Positions 1 through 12,675 of a DNA stretch of 64,000 bases are shown piece after piece (within the stretch, counting starts at the first letter, position 1; the number at the start of each line of letters is the position of its first letter). A program made the translations under genes and the position numbers. Below the pieces are notes generated by a model that worked only from the letters and a program-made list of their open reading frames with translations, was not told where the DNA came from and did not search any database. Source of the stretch: Dipteris shenzhenensis (Eukaryota); NCBI GenBank assembly GCA_047967505.1, contig CM106538.1. One strand, written 5' to 3'.

Positions 1-545
1 TGCACCGAATGTCCCAATATTCCAAGGGTGAATCTTCTAGGTGAATCAAGCACCGAGGATTCTGACGTAGAGGTCCTTAACCCCGAGAAGAGAAGTCGTA
101 CCACCTCGAACCCCTCTCCAAACCATGGACCGGGCCACCCCAAGAAGAAGGTGCCCTTCTCAGAGCCCTCAGATGCTGAGATGGCAGACCCACCAATAGA
201 GAAGACTAAAAGATCTTGCAAGAGTAAGTGGTCACCCTCGGATTTTTCTATCGGCTTAGGGCAAGAAGACTATCTGGTCATTCAGCGCCCTTGCTCATCG
301 GTCTTTGAGCATCATGCTTCCTCAACTAATAGCATTAAGCCCTAAGGTGAGACGTGAGCTACAGCAAGGGCTCTCAACAAGGAGGAGCAAGAAAAAGGAA
401 AAGGTACGAGAGATTTCTTCTATCTCTGAAGATATTGATCGGCACCTGCATACAGTTGATGTCATCATAGATAATTGCTATTGAAGAGTTTTCATTTACA
501 TTGTTTCAATTATCCTTGAACTTACATGATAGTATCCTATCAACA

Positions 546-820
546 TTTGGATGTAATGCAAGTCTAGCAATGTGGCCCCTTGATAAGATGAATGTTGCTT
601 TGAAGCTAGCAACATAGAAAATATACTCAGTCTACCTTTGAATGTTGCTTTGGATGTAATGCAAGTCTAACAATGCAGCCCCTTGATGAGATGAATGTTG
701 CTTTGAAGCTAGCAACATAGAAAATATACTGAGTCTACCTTTAAATGTTGCTTTGGATGTAATGCAAGTCTAGCAATGCGGCCCCTTGATGAGATGAATG
801 TTGCTTTGAAGCTAGCAATA
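546..820. repeat. Tandem repeat, ~103-bp unit, ~2.7 copies
   Basis: ggatgtaatgcaagtct...gaatgttgcttt recurs at 549, 652 and 755. Confidence 0.9.
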
Positions 821-1215
821 TCTTGTTGTTGTATTCATGTGGTGGACTTGTATTCATTTTGTATTCATATAGTAGATTTGTATGAAAATAAATTAAAGTA
901 TTTCTTCATTTGAAGATGTGTTATACTTGATTTTCAACGCACTTTAGGTGCACATAATTTTATAAGGATAAGAATTATTATGCTATTTTTTCAGCATGTG
1001 TTTAGAGAAAAGAAATTATGTTCTATTTTATGCTCAACTAATAAAGACATAATTTTTTAAACAGGTACTTATCATGGGAAGAAAAAAGAAAGTTCAAGCT
1101 CTACAGAAAAATACAAAAATGACATCTTTCTTATTACCTTCTACATCATTGGGCACTAAGATAAACATGTTTACAACATCAAGTACACCAGAGAATTCTC
1201 TCAAGTTCATCATCC

Positions 1216-2099
1216 ATGAATCATGAAGCAATTTATCTGACTCTTGAACATGCTTTGGGCACAATGCATCATGCTAGAAATCAATGTTCTAGATCACTGC
1301 TTAATGATGATAGTTTTAATAGGGATTTGAGTTTTCAAGTCTTGGAAGTAGGGAAGATAGGATCACAAAACTGTAATCAAGGGAATGCAATTGGAATTGA
1401 AAATTCATCAGCTGGCACATCATTGACAAATAATGAGGTAGTGGATTTAACTGGATTGGAAAGTGGAAAAATGTCAAAAACAGTATCATCAATGTCAACA
1501 CCAACTGAAGAAGCCATTGAGAATGCATCACAAAGTTGCAACTCTTCAAGTAAGCGGAAGAGAAAGAGAGCTTGGGATATTCATAGGAATTTTCAAGAAG
1601 ATTGGGTAGCCAAATATCCTTGGTTAGACGTAGAACAAGTGGACACTGGAGATGCACCAAAGTGGGCCATTTGTAAAATATGCACATGGGCAAGGAAAAA
1701 GGAGGCATGGTTACAATTGAAGATCGATACGATTGAGAAGCATTGTGGGAAGGTTTACAAGACTGTAGAAGGTACAAGTAATGAAAAGAAAGTGATCAAA
1801 GAATGGGACAAGGAAAATAACTGTCACTTAAAAAATGAGATTGAGTACAATAAGTTCTTTCTTGCACAAGAGTCTAGCAGAAATAAAAGTGAAGGATCAT
1901 TGAAAAAGCGTTGGGAATGTATCGATGATCAGGTTGATAGAGAAAAGATAGTGCAATTCTCAACTATCATGCAAATATTGAAGCAAGGCCACTCACTGAT
2001 AGACTTCTCGGGTTACCAATCATATCTTCAATTTTTGGATGTTCCTAATTTGGCAAGCATGCATTGGTTAAGGAGTAGCGCAACAAATATGGCTAACCA
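1216..2099 (+). pseudogene. hAT (ZNF862-like) transposase, N-terminal part
   Basis: TTF-type zinc-finger pattern FQEDWVAKYPWL...CKIC...H. Joins in frame with 38835 onward once the Copia and one TSD copy are removed (..MANH|MNQVIIDD..). Confidence 0.8.
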
Positions 2100-2274
2100 T
2101 GTGGGGGTTAAAGGTCACTGTGCCTTTACCCCCGTTATGTACAATACTCAAACACATATATAAATGAATGAAAAAGAAGATTAGGGTGGTTCTGCACCCA
2201 CCAAAACTTGTGTGGCTCTCTGTCTCTCTCTCTCTCTCCTTCTTCCGTTCTTGCTTCCGTTGAGAGCACTCTCA
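2100..2274 (+). repeat. Copia-A 5' LTR
   Basis: tgtgggggtt...gcactctca; near-identical to 38655-38829. Confidence 0.97.
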
Positions 2275-2276
2275 AC

Positions 2277-2288
2277 TGGTATCAGAGC
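2277..2288 (+). promoter_or_regulatory. Primer-binding site (initiator tRNA-Met type)
   Basis: tggtatcagagc, 2 nt after the 5' LTR; canonical plant Copia PBS. Confidence 0.92.
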
Positions 2289-3727
2289 TCGGGTGATCTA
2301 GCTGAGCGTGCATGAATGCTTGAAGCTCAGCAGCTCTATGGGAGGAAGGAGAAGCTCTGTGGGAAAGCTTTGTGGGTGACTTTACTTGCATCCGAGTATG
2401 TAGAGACCTTGGAGGTTTGGAAAAATCACTTTGGTTTAGCGAAGTGGTTTTGAGAGCCTGTTAAGTGTTTTCAAAGAAAAAGTCGTTTTTTGAGCTTTTC
2501 CCTGTTCCGTTCGATGACAGAGACTCCATATTGACTTGTAGAGGCAAATATTGCTTGCTTTTGGTGTCCACTTCACTTCAAGAGCTTGGAAACACCTTCA
2601 TTCTTGAATTTGGGATCATTTCATTGGATTTCTGACTCACTGTGTCAGTTTCTGCGTTTTTTGCCCGGGTGTTGGAACTCAAGTTTGGAACAACCATTTG
2701 CAAATCTATCAATTCCAGTGGACTCAGGAGTCTTAAAACTTCTATGTTGCTCATCATGTTGCTCATCATCATTCGCACTCTGGTGGAGTTTACAAACAGC
2801 TTTGTTTCCAAAAACGTTTTTCAGTCCGTGTGTTGGACCCAGTGATTGAGACCACGGTTTCTAAAACTATCTATTCCATTGCGTTCCGGACACCCAAAAA
2901 CCCCTACCTGTCAGTTCTTACACGATTCGGTGGAGGATTTTCAGAGTTATAGATCTCTGTGTATTCGATTTCATCTCTCTGTTATGCATTTTTCATTCTA
3001 AGGTTTTGAAACCTTAGATTTATGCCACATGGCAGTGGATAAGTGTTGACTCCCATTTCTCACTCATCGGTTGGGATTTTGGAGTTCTGGCAGAAGAGAG
3101 ATATTTGCAGATTTTCTTGCTGAGTCCGATTATGCAATGGCGCCCATGTTTTGAGGCATCTCAAGTTCTATTTTCAGTAGCGGTCATTACCGTGGGACTA
3201 TGATTTCTTGAGCATACCTTATGCAGATCACTCTGGTTGCAGTAGTTTGAGCAGTGTGCGCTCATTCGTGGTATGCATTGGGTTGCAGTGGATGATTTAT
3301 AGGCCATTTGGATCCATTACGGTCCTTATTGGATGCGCTGATAGGCCCAAATTGCCTTGTGGGATGCTATTTTTTATGGACGCTTTGCACATGGATGCTA
3401 TTTTATGCTGAGGGACAGCTTTGACACATTGCAGGTAATGCACTGATAGTGCTATGCTCTCTTGGATGAGATATTATTAATGCATATGCTAGTGGATGGT
3501 GTTTATGCTTGAGTCATTTGGCACTTATTGGCATTTTCTTTTGGGCCAGATTTGCTCATATGGATGCATAGTATATGCACATGAGCTAGATGCATCTTTT
3601 GATGCTTTGAGCTTTGAGTTTTGGTGATATTTCACTCTATTGTGGCATACACATTTGGGTGCACTTGGTATTTGGTGTGATTCTCTCTTGCAGGCACTAG
3701 CATTTGGGATTTTGCTTTATTTGCATC

Positions 3728-3976
3728 ATGGCATCCTCTTCCATGTCTGAAAAGGAGTTTTTCAGCATTAAAAAGTTTGATGGGACAAACTTTTCTTTGT
3801 GGAAAGAACAAATAAGGGATGTCCTTATTCAAAAGAAGCAGATTAAACCCTTGGCAGGGATTGAAGCTAAGCATGCAAATATGTCTGAGGATGATTGGAA
3901 TGATTGGATGCATTAGCAAAGTCTACTATTAGACTTCATCTTGCAGAGTCAATTTATTTCATAGTAGCAAATGAGC
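3728..3976 (+). pseudogene. Copia-A gag N-terminus (frameshifted, then interrupted)
   Basis: IKKFDGTNFSLWKEQIRDVL...AKSTIRLHLAES; continues at ~9330 (LWKKLCATYEKE). Confidence 0.85.
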
Positions 3977-4623
3977 TATAGTGCTGTCCACACAGACAAA
4001 TCATTTTGAGTAAAAGACTTGCTTGATCAAGGGTTAAAACCCTGCTCTAAAATACAGAACGAAAGGGTGGCCGACCTAGTCCACCCAAAAGGGTTGACTA
4101 GGGGTCGGTCCCGAAATAGGCCATCGACCATTTGATAGAACTGGTGCGCAAAACAGAGCAACTAACCTACGCTCTTCATTTGACCCACAGCCATCCCCGG
4201 GATCATCTAAGGCTCCAAATGGGCCCTCCAACCCGAGAGTGGGCTACCTCGAGAAATGCTCTGTTTGTTTTCAGTGCGGTTAGTCAAGGGATGCCTTCCC
4301 GCACTTGCATGTAGCATAGTTGGTGGTGTGCCAACTCTATCTGAAGCCGTCCAGCCATCAGGCCACACATGGCCCCCATCTATAGTGTCCAAACCAAGAC
4401 CTATCGGCGGATAACGGAGCTACTCAAATGCCTTCTCCTCATATGGGGGGCTTACAAGTAGAGTTAGCTGGTTCCCACATAGTTACATGAGAGTGGAGCA
4501 TTGATATCTAACAAGTTTAACAATGTGTGTAATATTTGATAATTCATGCAGAAGTTTTTGATTTATTTTACATTTGATAGTTTAACAATGTGTGTAGTAT
4601 TCAGATCATGTGATTTGTGTAAT

Positions 4624-4673
<50 letters not shown>

Positions 4674-4779
4674 CTTTGCTAGAGAAGAAACAAATGTCAA
4701 AATAATGTTATGACTCTAAATATCTTTCACCTCTATCTTCTCTTCCTCTCCACCTTTTTGCAACGAAACATACATCTTG

Positions 4780-4920
4780 AATTTGATGTCCAACATCATG
4801 TTAAAGCTTCAATTTGATGTTAAACATCAAGTCGAACCTTGAAGTCGATGTCCAAAATCAACTCGAAGGCTCAACGCGATGTCCAACATCATTTTGAAGG
4901 CTCAACTTGATGTTGAACAT
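4780..4920. repeat. Degenerate tandem repeat, gatgtccaacatc-like core, ~30-bp period
   Basis: About 5 copies of (tt)gatgtYcaacatc...gaaggctcaa. Confidence 0.65.
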
Positions 4921-5748
4921 TAGGCAGAGCTGAATACTATGTGACATTAATTGATGATGCAACTAGGAAAGTGTGGGCTTATGCTATAGCTCAGAAGAGT
5001 GATGTGTTCCATGTATTTCAGAAATGGCTGGCCTTGGTTGAGAATCAATCAAGTAGAACGCTTAAATGCCTATGGACTGACAATGGTGGAGAGTATCTCT
5101 CTCATGACTTTCAGCATTTCTGTGATACACATGGGATTAAGAGGGAGCTCACATCCCCTTGTACTCCAGTTGCAGAAAAGATGAACTGTACCATTCAAGA
5201 AAGGTTGCAATGCATGCTTTCCAATGCAAGTCTTTCTGGTGGTTTTTGGGCTGAGGCAATGAAGACTGCAGTGCATGTGATCAATAGATCACCTAGTAAC
5301 AGTTTGGATGGTGGTATTCTTGAAGAGGCATGGAGTGGCAAGAAGCCCTCTTACTCTCATTTGCATATATTTGGGTGTGAGGCATATGCACATGTGCCAA
5401 AAGAGGTTCAAAAGAAGCTAGATCCTAAGTCTAGGAAATGCATCTTTCTGGGTTATGGTGAAAGTGGAGAGATGGGCTATCGTCTCTGGGATCCAGAAGC
5501 AAAGAAGATCATATGCAACCATGATGTAGTCTTCAATGAGAAGAAGATGCATAAGGCACCCATGAGGGATGTGGAAATGAGGAGAATCACTTTCCAGGAT
5601 GTGAATCCACCTACATATGTTGATAGATAGCAAGTTGTCCATGCACCAAATGTGCAAGAAATGGTACCACCAAGTACTCCCATAGGTATACAATCAAGGG
5701 TAGATGATGGATCATCTATTGGTGGAAATGATGAGCCAAATATGGCTA
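4921..5748 (+). pseudogene. Copia-B integrase fragment (same family as Copia-A)
   Basis: IDDATRKVW...TDNGGEY...FWAEA...CIFLGY; colinear with ~10626-11466. Confidence 0.92.
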
Positions 5749-5914
5749 CAATTGACTAGCATATGAGATCTTTAGATCTAGCACCTTGAGCCTGACTGTA
5801 AAAAGAAGTGCTCTAGAGCCTAAAGTGGATACCACTCAAACTTGGATGTAAAAAACCCTCATCGAAGGATTAACTAGACTAGAAGCACATATATCTAGGA
5901 TATGTACTAGTTGG

Positions 5915-6095
5915 TGAGAGTGCTCTCAACGGAAGCAAGAATGGAAGAGGGAGAGAGAGAAACAGAGAGCCACACAAGTTTTGGTGGGTGCATACTCGGT
6001 GCATAACACCCTAATCTTCTTTTTCATTCATTTATATATGTGTTTGAGTATTGTACATAACCGGGGTAAAAGCACAGTGACCTTTAACCCCCACA
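5915..6095 (-). repeat. Copia-B 3' LTR (inverted)
   Basis: Reverse complement of the Copia-A LTR, preceded on the minus strand by PPT aagtgggaggt. Confidence 0.93.
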
Positions 6096-6187
6096 ACCTC
6101 CCACTTAAAGGACAATGTGCCTTTAAGGGAGAACAACCAGTGAGCATACTATCCAATGCCCATCAATACATGACAATACTCAAACCG

Positions 6188-8986
6188 CTAACTAGGTAGA
6201 CTCTTTGTTAGCATATCTGTAGGGTTATCATCTGTATGAACCTTGACAAGCTCTATGCGCTTTTCCTCAAGTACCTCCCTGATGAAATGGTACCTGACCT
6301 CAATGTGTTTGGTCTTTGCATGAAAGACTGGATTTGCTAGCTGAATAGCACTCATGGAATCACTATGCAATGTCGGTACACTTGTATGAATCCCCAAATC
6401 TCCCACTAGCCGATCAAGCCATATAGCCTCCTTGCAACCCTCTATGGCTGCAACATACTCAGCCTCTGTGGTAGACAAAGCAATGCACTTCTGTGCGCGA
6501 GACATCCATGACACTGCACCACCTGCAAAGGTGAACACATAACCAGAAGTGGATCTCCTACTATCCACATGCCCTGCATAGTCTGAATCTATGTACCCAA
6601 GTACATGCATGTCTCCTCTACCAAAGCAGATGCACATCTCCTTGGTATCCTTCATGTACCTCATGATGCACTTAACTACTTCCCAATGCCTCTTTCTTGG
6701 ATTAGCCATATATCGGCTAACAACTCCCATTGCAAATGCAATGTCTGGTCTAGTAGCTATCATAGCATACATAAGACTCCCAACTGCTGATGCATAAGGA
6801 ACCTTGGCCATCATGGCCCTTTCCTCATCTGATTTGGGACTACCTGTATGACTCAGTTTCACATATCGAGGCAATGGAGTACTCACTACCTTCCCCCCCT
6901 CCATATTGAAATGCTGTAATACTTTTGTAACATACTCCTTCTGTGAAAGCCAAAGGAGTTTCTTACTCCGATCATGCGTGATGCGCATACCAAGAATATG
7001 ACCTGCAAGTCCCAAATCCTTCATATCAAAGGCCTCATGCAACTTGGCCTTTAATGCATCTAGCTCATAAGTATTCTTGCTAGCCAATAGCATATCATCC
7101 ACATATACTGCTAGGATTATCAGACTATTATCCTTAGCCCTTTTAGTGTAGAGGCAATGATCAATTTTACTCCTTCTAAAACCCTGGGACCGAATGAAAG
7201 CATCAAACTTCTGATACCATTCTCTAGGCGCTTGCTTAAGACCATAGAAACTCTTCTTCACCATGCAAACTAAATGCTCTTTGTCCTTTTCTTTAAAGCC
7301 TTCCGGCTGCACCATGTAAATTTCCTCATGCAAATCCCCATGCAAGAAAGCTGTCTTGACATCCATCTGCATAAGCTCCATATCCTCTGATGCCCCTAGT
7401 CCAAGCATGCATCTAAGTGTGGTCATCTTCACAACCGGAGAGAATATCTCATCAAAGTCCACACCCTTCTCTTGCTTGAACCCCTTAGCGACCAAATGGG
7501 CCTTGTACCTAGGCACATCGTCACCTGTGACCACCATTTTGTAGACCCATTTACATGGCAATGCTTTCTTTCCATGTGGCAAAGAAACCAAGTCCCAAGT
7601 CTTATTCTTCATAAGTGAACTCATCTCTAATTGCAACCCTCTATGGCTGCAACATACTCAGCCTCTGTGGTAGACAAAGCAATGCACTTCTGTGCGCGAG
7701 ACATCCATGACACTGCACCACCTGCAAAGGTGAACACATAACCAGAAGTGGATCTCCTACTATCCACATGCCCTGCATAGTCTGAATCTATGTACCCAAG
7801 TACATGCATGTCTCCTCTACCAAAGCAGATGCACATCTCCTTGGTATCCTTCATGTACCTCATGATGCACTTAACTACTTCCCAATGCCTCTTTCTTGGA
7901 TTAGCCATATATCGGCTAACAACTCCCATTGCAAATGCAATGTCTGGTCTAGTAGCTATCATAGCATACATAAGACTCCCAACTGCTGATGCATAAGGAA
8001 CCTTGGCCATCATGGCCCTTTCCTCATCTGATTTGGGACTACCTGTATGACTCAGTTTCACATATCGAGGCAATGGAGTACTCACTACCTTCCCCCCCTC
8101 CATATTGAAATGCTGTAATACTTTTGTAACATACTCCTTCTGTGAAAGCCAAAGGAGTTTCTTACTCCAATCATGCGTGATGCGCATACCAAGAATATGA
8201 CCTGCAAGTCCCAAATCCTTCATATCAAAGGCCTCATGCAACTTGGCCTTTAATGCATCTAGCTCATAAGTATTCTTGCTAGCCAATAGCATATCATCCA
8301 CATATACTGCTAGGATTATCAGACTATTATCCTTAGCCCTTTTAGTGTAGAGGCAATGATCAATTTTACTCCTTCTAAAACCCTGGGACCGAATGAAAGC
8401 ATCAAACTTCTGATACCATTCTCTAGGCGCTTGCTTAAGACCATAGAGACTCTTCTTCACCATGCAAACTAAATGCTCTTTGTCCTTTTCTTTAAAGCCT
8501 TCCGGCTGCACCATGTAAATTTCCTCATGCAAATCCCCATGCAAGAAAGCTGTCTTGACATCCATCTGCATAAGCTCCATATCCTCTGATGCCCCTAGTC
8601 CAAGCATGCATCTAAGTGTGGTCATCTTCACAACCGGAGAGAATATCTCATCAAAGTCCACACCCTTCTCTTGCTTGAACCCCTTAGCGACCAAATGGGC
8701 CTTGTACCTAGGCACATCGTCACCTGTGACCACCATTTTGTAGACCCATTTACATGGCAATGCTTTCTTTCCATGTGGCAAAGAAACCAAGTCCCAAGTC
8801 TTATTCTTCATAAGTGAACTCATCTCTAATTGCATAGCATACTCCCACTTGCATTGATCCTCGCACATCATAGCCTCTCTGTAGCAAGAAGGCTCCCCGC
8901 AATCAGTAAGCATCACATAGTCTACCCCTGGAACAATCCTATCAGGTGGTCTAGACACTCTAGATGATCTTCTCAAGGGCATTTCA
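6188..8986 (-). pseudogene. Copia-B RT-RNase H with internal 1199-bp tandem duplication
   Basis: QMDVKTAFLHG, YGLKQAPREW, YVDDML, DSDYAG, KHIEVRYHFIRE. The ORFs 6188-7636 and 7627-8982 are almost identical. Confidence 0.95.
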
Positions 8987-9329
8987 TCCTTTTACCCAAA
9001 GATGTAGGCAGTATGAAAAACTATTGTGTGTGTGTGTGTGTCCACACACACACACACACACACAAATTGATTTGAGTTTAGGGCTCATCTTGTTCCAGAG
9101 ACATCCTATGATAATTACAATAGTAAAGGATGACTCTTGCACTTGGGTAAGACTCGAAGACTTCAAGACTCACATTGCACATGGTTGAGTACCTCCTTCA
9201 AAGGACATATATTTCACCCCTTTTCCAAGAAAGAGTAGTTTGGCTGGCTGTTTTTTGAAGTTATCTTGGCAATGCAAGCTCGAAACTCGAGGTTTTAGGC
9301 TCGAAAAAGGAAAGCCCACGGGCCACCAT

Positions 9330-11882
9330 ACTGTGGAAGAAACTGTGTGCCACTTATGAGAAGGAAACTACCTCTAATAAGTTTACCTCATGAAGAGGTT
9401 GTTTGAGCTGCAGATGAAGGAAGGGGTCTCCATTGCTTCTCACTTGAATGAATTCGATATTATTTTTAGCCAGCTTCAGGCTCAAAAGATGAATTTTGAT
9501 GTGGAGACTAAGGCAATATTTCTCTTATGTTCATTGCCATCCTCATGGGATACCTTCCGTACAGCTGTCAGTAACTCTGCACCTGCTGGAGTACTGACAT
9601 TTGATGATGTTGTGGGTAGCTTGTTGGCCGAGGAGATTAGACAGAAGTCTATGGACAGCAACAAGCAGGATGCAGCCTTAAATGTGCAAAGGGGCAGATC
9701 ACAGTTCAGGGGGAAGTCCCAAGAAAGAGGGAAGTCTCGTAGCAAATCCAGGGCACGGAACATTAAGTGTTACCACTGTGGCAAGAAGGGCCATATGAAA
9801 AAGGATTGCTACAAGCTAAAAAGAGAGCAAAAGGATAAGAAAAAGAATGCAAATTGGGGTGCAAATCAAAAGGAAGAGAGTCCAAGGGAGGACAAAGGAA
9901 AAGTGAAGATCGAGGAGATCAATGCAGTCACACATGATAGTGACAATGACGTTCTCTTCATGTTTAGTTTATTTGCAGAGTTGCTTACCACTTCAGATGA
10001 TGCATATTCCCAGGATTGGATTTTGGATTCTGGTGCTTCATTCCATGTTACTCCCCATAGGGAATGGTTTTCCACTTATGACAGTGGAAAGATAGGTTGT
10101 GTGCATCTTGGAAATGACTATGCATGTGACATAGTGGGAGCAGGTGACATAAAGTTTTATTTTGCAAATGGGTCTGCATTTGTTTTGAAACATGTGAGAC
10201 ATGTGCCTAAGCTGTCCAAGAGTCTTATTTCAGTGGGTCAACTAGATGATGCTGGTTTTCACACCACTTTTGGCTTTCAGAGTTGGAAAATTCAGAAGGG
10301 CTCTATGCTTTTGGCCAGGGGTGCCAAGTGTGGGACTTTGTATCCCTTACATGTATCAGGGGTATTTGATCATGTTGTTGCAATAACCGAGTAGCCAAGC
10401 ACTGCTTTGTGGCATTGCAGGTTGGGGCACATGAGCCAGAATGGAATGAAACTCTTATGCCGTTTGGGTTATGTACCGCATTTGAGTTTCTCTGATTTTG
10501 AATTTTGTGAGCATTGTCTCTATGGGAAGCAGATTAAATCAGCCCATAAAAGAAGGGGAAAGAAAGAGTTTGAAATGCTTGATTTGAAGCATTCAGACGT
10601 ATGTGGTCCCATGCCTACATGGTCATTAGGCGGGGCTGAATACTATGTGACATTCATTGATGATGCAACTAGGAAAGTGTGGGCTTATGCTATAGCTCGG
10701 AAGAGTGATGTGTTCTAGGTATTTCAGAAATGGCTGGCCTTGGTTGAGAATCAGTCAAGTAGAATGCTTAAATGCCTACGGACTGACAATGGTGGAGAGT
10801 ATCTCTCTCATGACTTTCAACATTTCTGTGATACACGTGGGATTAAGAGGGAGCTCACATCCCCTCGTACTCCAGAGCAAAATCCACTTGCAGAAAAGAT
10901 GAACCGTACCATTCAAGAAAGGTTGCAATGCATGCTTTCCAATGCAAATCTTTCTGGTGGTTTTTGGGCTGAGGCAATGAAGATTGCACTGCATGTGATC
11001 AATAGATCACCTAGTAAGAGTTTGCATAGTGGTATTCCTGAAGAGGCATGGAGTGGCAAGAAGCCCTCTTACTCTCATTTGCGTATATTTGGGTGTGAGG
11101 CATATGCACATGTGCCAAAAGAGCTTCGAAAGAAGCTACATCCTAAGTCTAGGAAATGCATCTTTCTAGGTTATGGTGAAAGTGGAGAGATGGGCTATCA
11201 TCTCTGGGATCCAGAAGCAAAGAAGATCATACGCAGCCATGATGTGGTCTTTAATGAGAAGAAGATGCATAAGGCACCCATGAGGGATGTGGAAATGAGG
11301 AGAATCACTTTCTAGGATGTGAATCCACCTGCATATGTTGATAGACAGCAAGCTGTCCATGCACCAAATGTGCAAGAAATGGTACCACCAAGTACTCCCA
11401 CAGGTATACAATCAAGGGTGGATGATGAATCATCTATTGGTGGAAATGATGAGCCAAATGTGGCTGATATGCAGGTGGGACAGCAAGCTGAAATGCCTTT
11501 GAGAAGATCATCTAGAGTGTCTAGACCACCTGATAAGTTTGTTCCAGGGGTAGACTATGTGATGCTTACTGATTGCGGGGAGCCTTCTAGCTACAGAGAG
11601 GCTATGATGTGTGAAGATCAATGCAAGTGGGAGTATGCTATGCAATTAGAGATGAGTTCACTTATGAAGAATAAGACTTGGGACTTGGTTTCTTTGCCAC
11701 ATGGAAAGAAAGCATTGCCATGTAAATGGGTCTACAAAATGAAGGTCACAGGTGATGATGTGCCTAGGTACAAGGCCCGTTTGGTCGCTAAAGGGTTCAA
11801 GAAAGAGAAGGGTGTGGACTTTGATGAGATATTCTCTCCGGTTGTGAAGATGACCACACTTAGATGCATGCTTGGACTAGTG
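9330..11882 (+). pseudogene. Copia-A gag-protease-integrase-RT start (several in-frame stops)
   Basis: CYHCGKKGHMKKDC zinc knuckle, WILDSGASFH protease, WHCRLGH, HSDVCGP, TDNGGEY. RT truncated at MLGLV by the TIR element. Confidence 0.95.
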
Positions 11883-11912
11883 AACACTATATTAGAGAAT
11901 TTGGGAAAATCC
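11883..11912 (+). repeat. Left TIR
   Basis: aacactatattagagaatttgggaaaatcc. Confidence 0.95.
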
Positions 11913-12675
11913 CAATTCCCACGAAATAAAATATAGTCACTTCAAAAGTAAAATTTGATGTTTTTTATTGAAACATTAGCTCCATTGAGGACCCAAGTTT
12001 CAATTATGTTGGGGGAGACTAGACCATGCACAATACTTTCCCAATTCCTAGAAACCCAAGCAAAAATCTTCCGTATGTTGCTATGGCAAAAGGCCTTAAT
12101 AGATGTGAACATGGATCCATGGCCAAAACATTTGTTGATTTACTAGTGAAAGAAAGATGTTTGTTGTTTCGTATGCATCGAAACCACAAAGAAAAGCGAA
12201 TTTATAGATGTTGCGTTAGGAAGATTCATTGGAGTAAATTAAATTGGAGTATTGATATATGCAATAGGATTGTTATAGATCTTTGACATCCATCATATAA
12301 ATGTGGTCTTCAAAAACAAAATTAAACTTGCAACAACTGTCAATTTTTATTTGGTATATTAGATGTATAAATTAATGTCAAATGCTTATGTTTCTATGTT
12401 GATAAATTGCAGTATTGACATATGCTATTGACATATGCAATAGGATTATGGTAGAGCTTTGACATCCATCATATAAATGTGGTGTTCAAAAACACCGTTC
12501 CATCACAATAGAGCTCATGAAACTCTCCATCACAATAGAGCTCATGAAACTCAGAGACATGGTCTTGATAAAAACCTTTTTTTAAATTGCTTTCTTGTAC
12601 TAAATATAATCAAAACCATTGACACATAGCCAATTTTTCACCACATTGTTTAACATAATCATTAACAATTCCATA

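Larger units (their letters stand above)
3977..9325. other. Composite ~5.3-kb insertion inside Copia-A gag containing a rearranged second copy of the same family
   Basis: The gag frame breaks at ~3977 and resumes at ~9330. Exact boundaries and TSD are not resolved. Confidence 0.7.

Noticed and set aside
28-430. Possible retroelement or host protein tail at the window start
   Set aside because: No recognisable domain, and truncated by the window edge.
11885-11889. Classifying the TIR element as CACTA/EnSpm
   Set aside because: CACTA starts 2 bp inside the terminus, the other end reads CACCA, the TSD is 4 (or 5) bp rather than 3, and the catalytic motifs are not TnpD-type.
12250-12552. Short direct duplications near the left end of the TIR element
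   Set aside because: Real (~70 bp and ~26 bp) but ordinary local duplications with no evident function.
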